From: Octopus sinensis
Taxonomy: Eukaryota
Direction: 5' to 3'
Assembly: GCF_006345805.1 (NCBI RefSeq)
Contig: NW_021832850.1
Coordinates: 1-64,000, forward strand
DNA: 64,000 nt
Numbering within the stretch: position 1 is the first letter of the stretch; each line of letters begins with the position of its first letter. The position numbers and the translations under genes are program-made. Under the pieces are notes generated by a model. The model saw only the letters and a program-made list of their open reading frames with translations, was not told where the DNA came from and did not search any database. Below are positions 24,513 to 35,551 of this stretch, piece by piece.

Positions 24513-26024
24513 AAAACAGACCTATAAATACCTAGGAATAAAAGGAGGCTCTGGTATCCAGCATGCAAACATGAAAGAGAAAGTTAGGAAGGAATGTTAT
24601 AGAAGAGTTCGAGCAGTCCTGAAGTCTGAGCTAAATGCATATAATAAGGTGTTAGCCATAAATTCCTTAGGAGTCCCAGTTGTTCTTTATAGTTTCAATG
24701 TGCTTAACTGGAATACCAGTGAAATAATGAAAGTTGATAGAAAAATCTGCAATCCACTGACTTGTAATAACATGTGCCATCCAAAGGCAGATGTTGATCG
24801 TTTTTACCTTCCCAGAGCTCAGGGAGGTCGAGGCTTGATCCAGCTTGAACTTACGTACAAAACCACCACAATCGGACTGGCCAAATACCTTGAAACAGCC
24901 AAAGATTGGATGCTAAAATTTGTTGAAAAACATGAAAGACCGAAAAAACTTCACTCTATTCTGAAAGAGAGCGAAACATTCGCTACTGATCTCTTAGATA
25001 CATACCAGATTGATCAAGTTGAAGGAAATGCGCCAACTGCTGCTGCAAAGAAAATAAAATTGATTGCAAAGCACATGAAAAATTAGCTAGCATATGGGAA
25101 CAGAAACCTCTGCATGGCAAGTATGTCGCCCGTAGCAAACAAGCCGATGTCGACCAGAAGCATACGCATCAATGGTTATGAAGCTCAGGACTAAAAGTAG
25201 AGTGTGAAGGTTTTATATTAGCTGCTCAAGACCAAAGCTTATTAACCCGGAACTACCAAGCCAATGTGATAAAAAATGGAGCTGACCCAAAATGGCGATT
25301 CGGTAACGATGAGATTGAAACAATAGACCACCTAATCTCAGGGTGTAGAGTCTTAGAACCTGAAGAATATAAAGCAAGACATGACAGAGTCGGCCAGTAT
25401 TTACATTGGACAATATGTCGGTATTATAAAATCAAAACCGCTGACAAATGGTATAAACATCATCCTGAAGCTGTGACTGAGGGAGAAAATGTGTCGATTC
25501 TATGGGACTTCTCCGTATAGACAGACAAGACTATAAAAGCTAATAAACCGGATATTATTATAAAAGATCAGACAAAAAAGATGTGTTTATTAATTGACAT
25601 GAGTATCCCTTGCGATCAAAATATAGCGGCGAAAGAATTTGACAAGATTAGTAAATATAAAGACCTGCTAATAGAAATTGAAAAAATGTGGCATCTCAAG
25701 GCGACTACAGTACCAGTGATTGTAGGATCTCTAGGAATGATAAAAAAAGATACTGAAACCTATTTGAAAATGATTCCAGGCTTACCATCCCTACAGGAAG
25801 AGCAAAAAATCGTGTTAACTGGAACGGCTCATGTACTGAGAAGAGCATTATCGCTGTGAAAACAACATCCATTCCTGAATTCATTTGTTTATTAATTTTT
25901 AAAAATATATATTTTACCTGTGAATTTACGATGTAATCTGGGAATGCATACAATGAGCTTCTCTGCCCTAGGTATACGGAAAACAACCGGCTAGGAATGG
26001 AAGAACATTTGAAGAAAGAAGGAA

Positions 26025-26025
<1 letters not shown>
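24513..26025 (+). mobile_element. 5'-truncated R4/Dong-type retrotransposon (RT end, thumb, CCHC, RLE, 3' UTR), pseudogenised
   Basis: Begins at YKYLG; R.YLPRAQGGRGL, AAQDQSL, RHDRVG, KPDI...LIDMSIP...KEFDKISKY; in-frame stops; flanked by (AAT)n on both sides. Confidence 0.9.
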
Positions 26026-26097
<72 letters not shown>

Positions 26098-26123
26098 TAA
26101 TAATAATAATAATAATAATAATA

Positions 26124-27050
26124 ACGAAAAAGCGCACGAGCAATTGGCTGATAGGTGGGAGGCGAAACCTCTGCACGGCAAATATGTGGCCCGTAGCAAA
26201 CAAGCTGATGTTGACCAGAAGCAAACCCATCAGTGGCTACGGAGCTCAGGGCTAAAAGCAGAGAGCGAAGGTTTCATCCTGGCTGCTCAAGATCAAAGCC
26301 TATTAACCCGGAACTACCGGGGACCAGTGTGATGAAAAATGGAGCAGACCCAAAATGCCGATTCTGCAACGACATGATTGAAACGGTGGACCACCTAATC
26401 TCTGGATGTAAAGTCTTAGCACCAGTGGAGCATAAATTAAGACATGACAGAGTTGGCCAATATCTACACTGGCTAATAAGTCGGCATTACAATATCAAAA
26501 CTACCGACAAGTGGTATAATCACCACCCTGAAGCTGTAACTGAAGGAGAAAATGTAGCGATTCTGTGGGACTTCCCAGTACATACAGACCGAACCATCAA
26601 AGCCAATAAACCGGATATTGTTGTGAAAGACCAAAACAATAAAGTTTGCTTATTGATCGACATGAGCATTCCCTGTGATCATAATATCTCGGCGAAAGAG
26701 TTTGACAAGCTCAGAAAATATAAAGACCTGCTCATTGAAATTGAGAAAATGTGGCATCTCAAGGCGGTTACAATACCAGTGATCGTAGGAACACTAGGAA
26801 TGATCAAGAAGGGAACCGAAAATTATATGAGAATGATCCCTGGCTTACCATCCCTGCAAGAAGTGCAAAAGATTGTCTTAACTGGTACATCACACGTATT
26901 GAGAAGAGCATTGTCGATGTGAGAACTATTACTACCCATGTATTTTAATTTAACTTTAAAAAAATGAACGAACTACTGAGTTTAGTTTAATGGCCTACCA
27001 ATGTATACTATGAGTTTCTTTGCCCTAGGAGTCGGGAAGACACTCACCAA
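26124..27050 (+). mobile_element. Second 5'-truncated R4/Dong copy, related to 24513-26025
   Basis: WLRSSGLKAESEGFILAAQDQSL, CRFC...HLISGC, KPDIVV...LIDMSIP; frameshift near 26320; starts right after (AAT)n; the 3' UTR shares tgagYttctYtgccctagg with the upstream copy. Confidence 0.9.
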
Positions 27051-27115
27051 TGTTAGAATGTATTATTAACATGTTTTTAAACCTAAAACAATTCTCATCC
27101 TTCTTTCATGTAAAG

Positions 27116-27251
27116 TAAAAATTTCCATAAAAGTGGTATGCTGTGCGTCATTCACATTTTGAAAGCTGCAATAACCAGTCAATCAGTAGTCAACATAGTA
27201 CGGCTGGTTCGACTGGTCAAGAAAATAGAACCAAATATAATACCTGACTGT
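27116..27251 (+). CDS. PTP exon, D2: (R)KNFHKSGMLCVIHILKAAITSQSVVNIVRLVRLVKKIEPNIIPDC
   Basis: taaag|T AAA...GAC TGT|gtgagt; 136 nt, phase 2 to 0, the same size and phase as D1 exon 8893-9028. Confidence 0.88.
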
Positions 27252-27941
27252 GTGAGTATAACAACATCTTTCTCTCGCTTTCGTTTATGTGCTTCAACCA
27301 AGGTTTTGCTAAATATCAGAAAGAGAAAAATCTGTCGTTAAAATTTTTACTGTTATTTGAACACTTTTCTGAAAATAAGTTTCAAGTTTGGTGATCATTG
27401 ATACACTAATGACTATTTGGATTAGTTATCTTACACCGGAAATGTACGAACAGTAGGTCGTATATATGTGGGTAAATTTGATTAGCAAACTCCAGAATCG
27501 AAAGAACTGAAACATTTCCCTTGCTACCCTAGAAATTTTTAAACGTGTTATTTTGGACATGTTGCGAGTTTGAATTTCATTGTTAGTGATAGGTAAATAT
27601 TTCTCTCAATTTAGATAAACAAATTCAAAAGTACAGCAGGAGGCCACATCAATAAACTTTACATCTATTTATTAATATATCTTATAGGGAACACTCAGTA
27701 ACCAGTGGCTGGCCATTGAGTTAAGGAATGTTATATGTTACTGTACAAAATCAGTAAATCACCATTATTTTAATCTCGATATTATGAGAGGAAATTAATA
27801 GGACTTTGTAATGATTCATGTCCGGGATCACCAAAATTATAGTTCACAATTACTTTATTTAGAACAATGTTATCTATTTAGACATACACCTCTGATATGT
27901 TCCATATTTAAGAAGTTAGTATATCTTCATGTAATCATTTC

Positions 27942-28328
27942 TACTAAAGGTACAAGGGCTGAAAGTTTGGGGGAAGGTACTAGTCGATTACATCTACTAG
28001 TGTGTTTCACTGGTACCTATTTTTATCGACGAAAGATGAAAGATGCCTTGGCAGAATTTGAATTCAGAATGTTCACACGGACGAAATACCGCTAAGCGTT
28101 TCGCCCGATTTTGACAGCTTTCTACTTAAGACACAAGGCCTGGAATTTGGGGAGGAAGTTAATAGATTACATTGACCCCAGTGCGTAACTAGTACTTAAT
28201 TTATAGACCCCGAAAGGATGAAAGGCAAAGTCGACCTCGGCGGAATTTGAGCTAATAATGTTCACAGGGATGAAATAACGCTAAGCATTTCGCCCGGCGC
28301 GCTAACGATTCTGCCAGCTCGCCGCCTT
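27942..28328 (-). mobile_element. Two tandem SINE family B copies
   Basis: The better copy reads gaaaggatgaaaggcaaagtcgacctcggcggaatttga...ctgccagctcgccgcctt. Confidence 0.8.
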
Positions 28329-28513
28329 AGTATATCTTCATATAATGAATACATCTGCGTAAATTAGTACCAAGAGCTTATTTCGAAAGTTATTTTTATT
28401 AGATATGGACGGAATTTATAATGCTAAGTAAAGGATACAGTAAAATAAAATAATTGTGTATTAAGTCATTTTAAATGATTTGATTGAATAACTCATATTT
28501 ATTTCTTTGACAG

Positions 28514-28591
28514 GAATCCTACGCCTTCGTTTGGAAAGTTGCAGAATATTTACAGAACGAATCGTCTCTATACTCCAATTTTGTACAGTGA
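28514..28591 (+). CDS. PTP terminal coding exon: ESYAFVWKVAEYLQNESSLYSNFVQ*
   Basis: tttgacag|GAA TCC TAC GCC TTC...TAC TCC AAT TTT GTA CAG TGA; ESYxF at the EQYxF position, C-terminal YxNF. Confidence 0.92.
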   Translation, partial: ESYAFVWKVAEYLQNESSLYSNFVQ

Positions 28592-30186
28592 TGTGTAGGA
28601 GTGAATCATTTTAGAGATCTCTCATAATAAGTTTTACATCTTATGAAATAAGAAATGATGTATGCAAAACAATTACTTGTTTGTTGGATAACGAAAACAA
28701 GAGCCTCGCGGGAATTCTTTGTTTCTCTCAAAGGAAAAGGAAAACCATTTCAAGAAGATAAGAATTCGTCTCTCAAAATTAAATTACATGCTACGGAGCG
28801 GGCTTCATCTTTGTTTACACATATAGGCCAACTATGAGCATAATTTGGTAATAATACCTTATGCTGATTACAGCGGCCAAAATTAATTCGGAACACTTTT
28901 CCTTCCCGAAATGTCAATGTTAATTCGTCAGGAAGCCTTAGAAAGGATGCGCCAAATTTATGGTTTTCAACAAACGAAAATATGGCTCTCCTTGCCTATA
29001 AATAAATGGTTGAGGTTTTTCTTTCCTACACAAGTCAATTAACTATGAAATGTTAATATTGATATCTTGGAATTATTACATCTTTTTTTTTTGAGACTAT
29101 GCCACAATTAGCGATAAATTAATTTTTATTGTCCCCAACTAAGATTAATCACTATTTTTTTTCTATTGTGTGTATACAGCATTAAGTATATCGCCGGTTA
29201 ACATAGTTATCTAAATTTATGCCATTTAATCTTTTGAGTCATTGCTCTTATTCACATTTTTCTTAATTATATATCTTACAGTATTTTACGTGCTGATTTA
29301 TTACAATCAGTCTCCTTTGCCCCTCTCTCCATTTTCAATATTTTGTCTATATATTTCTCACTTTTTTATCGTTTCTTATATTAAATCAACCCACTTGATA
29401 TCCTAAATTTTAATATTATATAACATTTGACATTCCTACAATTTCGAGAGGTAACGTTCAGCTACTTCGAAACAGCGACAATGTTTTAATAAAAACCAAT
29501 TCACGTAACACAGTTATCCTCTCAATTGATACACCACTGCTTCATTTACCATTTCTCCTGTCTCTATACATACAAGGTTGGTAGCTTCTTTCATATAATG
29601 TTGCTGTCATTTCAGTTAATAGTATTCTTCAGTTCAAAGATAACTGGAGTCTTCCTAATTCACATACTATGGTGCCATGATTACTGAAATATCTCGCCTC
29701 TCATCTCAATAAGTATACAATTGTTGCCCTTTCTATCCATATACCCTCGATATCCATCGCATTTATACACAGTGTGTATCCTCGCCGATCAGAATTATAT
29801 CCCATGCGTTCTTCACAAGTCATATACTGACGCTTTCCTCTCAGATCATACACTTCAAAAGTGTCTGTCTTTAGTGTTAATGATCTCTCCATTCATCCAT
29901 AACTCTTGCTTTCTCGATTCATGGACATGCAGTTGGTGTCAATATCGTTGCTTAGATCAAGAAAATATTGATCAGTAATATTTTAATTTAGTCAACCACA
30001 TTTTGCCTGGGGCTCAGCAAAAAAAAAACCTCCTGTAATATAAGTATAAATAATCTAGTCTGAGATCAACAGCAGATGCTTATATATAAATATATATATA
30101 TGTATAAATCAATATAATCTTGTAATGTTTTGTGTAATCTGTATAAATGAAGCTATGATTATAAACTCTGGTCAGTCATGCGAATT

Positions 30187-30192
30187 AATAAA
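30187..30192 (+). terminator. Candidate polyadenylation signal AATAAA of the PTP 3' UTR
   Basis: AATAAA preceded by repeated TGTA motifs (30120-30145); other AATAAA hexamers occur earlier, so the assignment is uncertain. Confidence 0.25.
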
Positions 30193-30719
30193 TTCATCTA
30201 TATCTATAAACGTTGATGTTTGTCATTTTATCCTAAACACGTCACTAAACACCAAAATTATCTCGAAATAATACATGGCTAAAACAGGGATTACTCGAGA
30301 AAACAGATGGCGAAAAACTGATAATTTTAATGAAATGGTAAGCTCTACACTTCTCTCTTTTTCACTCTATATTTTTCTCTCTTTCGCATACAAACAACCC
30401 CATACCGCCCCTATAAACGCGAACGCACATTTTACCATTCCTCTCTCTCACGCAACATTGTACAGTCTGAATATCTTATTTTCAATTTCTTTTTTTGTAC
30501 AAGGCTAACAATTTAGGTGGGTGGGGTGATCAATTACACCGATCTCAGTGCTCACTACTATTTATTTTATCAAATCCGAAACGAAGAAGTGCAAGGTCAC
30601 CATCGGCTGAATTTGAACTCAAAATGTAGGGAGTGAAAAGTAATCCTGCTATACATTCTGTCACTGCTCTAAAAAACTGCTCGCTCGACGCTCCATTCAC
30701 CACACTAATAATGGTTTCA

Positions 30720-31107
30720 AATTTTGGCACAAGGCCAGAAATTTAATTGGAAGGGCAAGTCTATTAAATATTTTATCGCCTCTGAAAGAATGAAAGGCAT
30801 CGTTGACCTCGACAGAATTTGAACTCAAAGCGTAAAGACGGACGAAATCTGACGATTCTGCCAGATCCCCACCTTATTCACCACCCTAATAATATTTTCT
30901 ACTAAAAACACAAGTCCTGAAACTTGGGGAGGGGGTCTAGTCGATTACATCGACCCCAATGTTTCACTGGCACTTAGTTTATCGACCCCGAAAGGATGAA
31001 AGACATAATCGTCTTCGGCGGAATTTCACTTCAGAACGTAGCGATGGATGAAACACCGATAAACATTTCGTCCAGACTGGTAACAATTCTACCAGCTCGC
31101 TGCCTTA
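30720..31107 (-). mobile_element. Two tandem SINE family B copies
   Basis: Repeated gaaagRatgaaag...gaatttgaac/cac...ctRccag units. Confidence 0.7.
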
Positions 31108-32060
31108 TTCACCACACTAATATTGATCCCACATTCACAAGGCCTCGCTCACCATTCTAATAATCATTGACATCACATAAATATCACTAGTTACAATGTT
31201 ATGCATACGACATGAGAAACGTGTCTATAAGACCGAATTATTTTTACTGATGTTTATTTTAAGGACACCGCAATGATTAAAAAGAGAAGATAAAAGTTGT
31301 CCGGCAGCGATACTTGCAGCGAAGCACTGCAACGAATTCAACCTAATACTCTACCCTTTCTTCATCTGCCAGCTCTTCGCAACATAATTATTACAAATAT
31401 TGACATTCATAAAAGAAACAATTCTATCAAAGATATTAATGGAATAGAATCGTCTTCCGTATTCTTTTATTTTATCACAATTGGTAGACGTGTACATTGA
31501 AGAAAGATATAATTATGTAAGTCATTGTTCAGTTGAAGTGCGTAGGTTCGAAACATAAAAGACTTTTTTTCATAATGAGATCAAGTTGTGTTTCCTCAGG
31601 TGATATTCAAGTGTTGTCTCCGTTAGTGTAAAATCTTCGACTTCGAGGCCTTCCGATGCGCCCGTCTTACTTTGGATCTTGTAGTATTTATTAGATTTAT
31701 GTTATTTAGTGGCAGGGTATGTTTGTTGGATTGCTATCAGTGGTTGTGGATGGCTGTTTTGGTATCGGCTGATCACTGACTCCAAAAATATCCGCTAATG
31801 ATTTTTCCCGCTGAACGCCGTATATAATTGTTTTTATACAGGCAGGAGGTCAGTATTTTTTATGGTATTTAGTACATCGCACCTAGTACTGGACTGGCAC
31901 ACTAATTTTTCCACTCCGGAGCGAGGAAAGACTAAGTTGACCGCTAGCGGAATTTGGTCTCAGAGTATGAACTCGGAAGAAATACTGCTTTCACAATATT
32001 GCCAGCGCGCCACGGTGATAATAATAATAATAATTTTTTATAATATAAGTACAAGGCATT

Positions 32061-32900
32061 AAGGCGGCGATCAGGTAGAAACGTTTGCACGCCGGGCAAC
32101 ATTCTTTGCGGTATTTCGTCTGCCGTTACGTTCTGAGTTCCGCCGAGGTCGACATTGCCTTTCATCCTTTCGGGGTCGATTATATAAGTACCAGTTACGC
32201 ACTAGGGTCGATATAATCGACTTAATCCGTTTGTCTGTCCTTGTTTGTGCCCTCTGTGTGTAGCCCTTTGTGGGTAATAAAGAAATAGGTATTTCGTCTG
32301 CCGCTACGTTCTGAGTTCCGCTGAGGTCGACATTGCCTTTCATCCTTTCGGGGTCAATTAAATAAGTACCAGTTACGCACTAGGGTCGATATAATCGACT
32401 TAATCCGTTTGTCTGTCTTTGTTTGTGCCCTCTATGTTTAGTTCCTTGTGGGCAATAGAGAAAGAAGAAACGTTTGCACGCCGGTCGAAATGCTTTGCGG
32501 TATCTTCTCTGTCTTTACGTTCTGATTTCAAATTCCTCCGAGGTTGACTTTGCCTTTCATCCTTTCAGGGTCAATAAAGTAAGTAGCAGTTGCGTACAGG
32601 GATCGATCTAATCCACTGGATCTCTCCCCCTAAATTTAGGGCCTTGTACCTAGAGCAGAAAAGAATAATTAGCATGCCGGGAAAATGTGCCTTTCATTTT
32701 TGTGGGGTGGGGTCTATAAGATAAGTATCGGCCAAGAACTGAGGGGTCGATATAATCAGCGTACCTCTCTCCCGAGATTGCTGGCCTTGTGTCAAAATTT
32801 GAAATCAATGAAGGTACAAGGTTTAAAATTTAGGGTAGGGAGCGAGTCGATTACATCGACCCAGACCTTCCATTGCCACATTATTTTATCCACTTTGGAA
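32061..32900 (+). mobile_element. Cluster of SINE family B copies including a ~180-bp head-to-tail array
   Basis: Three gccgYtacgttctga...gaggtYgacWttgcctttcatcctttc units at about 32110, 32290 and 32500; further fragments to 32900. Confidence 0.8.
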
Positions 32901-33531
32901 AGACCAAAAGCAAAATTGACGTATACATGCGCGTGCGCCCTAACACACACACACACATACATTTGTAGATCCATACGCACACAAACTCAAAAGACGTGGG
33001 GGTCACGATTGGAACATCATTTACTGGAGATTTCCAAGTTCAAGGACCCAGCGATAATCTATATATGGTTTGGGTTTCTGTCACTAAATAAATCCGAAAG
33101 TCAGTCCAAGTCTATACACGGTAGGGGAGTGGCTATAATGCTCCTTAAGACGGTTCATTGGTCTGCAAAATCAGGGCTTACCTGGCGAGTCAGAAAAGGA
33201 ACTCTATGGTTACGCGACCTGTTGCACTTGGAAGATAAATCTTTCTGAAAGCACACACTACTGTCGTTAATAGGCCACAGGATATATTAGATAATAATGT
33301 AGTACTGGGTGTAGTGTCTGAAATAAACGGTATTTGATCTTACAGGTATCTGCATAATCAGGGTTGATTTAGAGCTAAACAACTGTACTATCCCAAACTA
33401 CCACTACTGCCATCACCACCACCACCAACACTGCCATCCCCACTTCAACTGCTATCACATCCTATACCGTTTGGGTGTTAAGTACAACTATATAGTTAAA
33501 AGTTTTATGAGTTCTCGGGAATTCCGGTTTA

Positions 33532-34821
33532 CGAGGGACGTTCAATAAGTAATGCCTCTGACCCACTTGCAGTTGTTTGATCTAGCTGAAATGTTGCATG
33601 TGCAATCATATATATCTCTATAGAGTAAGTGGCAAACTACAGCTCTGAACTAATTGTGGTGTCTGATTTACACGTGTTTGAACCGAGTCAAGTGTGAAAT
33701 GGAGCCTGTTGAGTGTCGAGCAGTGATCCGGTTTTTGTATTTGAAAGGACGCACACCACGGGAGACTTTTGATGAAATGAAAGTAACTTATGGTGATGAT
33801 GCCCCATCATATGACCTTGTAAAACGCTGGCATCGTGAATTCAAACATGGTCGGAACTCTGTGGAAACAGCTCCCAGATCTGGTCGCCGTCCTGCCATTG
33901 ATGAAGCATCTGTCCGTCAAGTTGAGGCTGCCATTTTGGAAGATCGACGCATAATTATTCGCCAAATAGCCCATGAAGTCAAGATTAGTACCGGATCTGT
34001 GGAAACTATCATTCATGACCATTTGCATATGCAAAAGGTGTCTGCCAGATGGATTCCCAGGTTGCTCACACCTTTCCAGAAGCAAGAACGCGTCGAGTGC
34101 TCGAGGGTGAATTTGGAGATGTGCCAAGAAGATGAGTAAACATTTTTCAAAAGACTGATTACACAGGATGAAACCTGGGTCCATCACGATGATCCAGAGA
34201 CCAAAGTCCAGTCAATGCAGTGGAAGCACCGTGACGCACCTCCTCCAAAGATGGCAAGGGTGCAGCCCTCCGCTGGCATGGTCATGCTCACAGTCTTCTG
34301 GGACCAGGACGGAGTAGTGATGACAGATTTCTTGGCAAAGGGTACCACAATTGCAGGAGCCTATTATACTTCACTTTTGAGGAAATTAAGAGAAGTTATC
34401 AAAATCAAGAGGCGGGGCAAGATCAGCAAAGGCATCCTCCTCCTGCAGGACAACGCTCCGGTCCACAACTCGCTTGTCGCCAGATCAGAAGCACAGGTGT
34501 ATGGCTATGAACTCCTCTCCCATTCCCCTACTTTCCTGACCTTGCACCCTCTGATTTTCACTTCTTCCCAGTCATGAAGTTGTTTTTGAAAGGAAAGCGT
34601 TTCCCAGATGATGCAGCCTTGATTTCTGAAGTCACGTTCAGGTTGGAGGACCTAGCTGGGGGTCTTCTACAAAAACGGTCCCCAGAGCTGCATCAAACAA
34701 TGGAAGAAATGCGTAACTCTGGGTGGTTCCTATGTAGAAAAAGACTAATAACTGTGCCAAGTTTCGTTGCTCTACTGCTATGGGAAGTGGGTCAGGGGCA
34801 TTACTTATTGAACGCCCCTCG
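33532..34821 (+). mobile_element. Full-length (1290 bp) mariner (DD34D) transposon, transposase inactivated
   Basis: 37-bp TIRs CGAGGG(A/G)CGTTCAATAAGTAATGCC(T/C)CTGACCCACTT with 2 mismatches, TA on both sides; ATG at 33699; WIPRLL, DETW, DNAP and SPDLAPSD-like motifs; stop at 34137-34139 and later frameshifts. Confidence 0.95.
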
Positions 34822-35200
34822 TAATCCTACATCGAGCAAGTGTCTCCTATCAGAGCGTCATGTTAGCCCGAGTGTACTCAGTGAAACGTTTATAGAAACA
34901 CCCTCAGTGGGATCGCCTTGAATTGACTGACTCCGTTTTTAAACGTTTCGATACAGCTGTCTCTCCTACCCCACCTCACGGCCGTCAAGTACCTTTAGTA
35001 GAATCTTCATTCGGTTCAGGCGTGCGGTTTAAAGGTCGTTTAAAGTATTTTCTCTCATCGGGGAGGAAAGGGAAAATGAGATTCGTGCGTTGTCATTTCT
35101 GCATTCTGTTCGAGCTATGACAAAAATAATTTTAAAAAATATCTACCCTCAAAACATTAGTATCGTTCACAAAATACTAGTTATTAACAATAGTTATCTA

Positions 35201-35266
<66 letters not shown>

Positions 35267-35419
35267 GTATATATAAAAGATGTCGTCCCGAAATTGAGGT
35301 AACCGAATTTTCGGGCTTTAATAACTATCAGTAGATGTAATAAGATATGAAAATTATATATTATAAAAGATTAGTGTATCTTCTTTTCTCTTCAGACTAA
35401 ATATATTCACATCTATAAA

Positions 35420-35551
35420 CTAGGTAATGTCTGTAGACCAAAATACAAACATAACCTCCGCAAAAGGAATGAAACTAATACATCTATAGCAAAAGGGCTT
35501 AAAATTAACCGAGGAACACTTTGGAAAATTGTGAAGAAATTTCAAGAGACT
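35420..35551 (+). mobile_element. Possible Tc1-like transposase N-terminal HTH remnant, interrupted by the CR1 element
   Basis: One frame reads HNLRKRNETNTSIAKGLKINRGTLWKIVKKFQET, HTH-like. Confidence 0.35.

Noticed and set aside
29560-29960. Possible decayed LINE fragment in the 3' UTR region
   Set aside because: No motif was clear enough to support a call.
32061-32680. CRISPR-like array
   Set aside because: Units are ~180-bp SINE copies without unique spacers; eukaryotic context with no cas genes.
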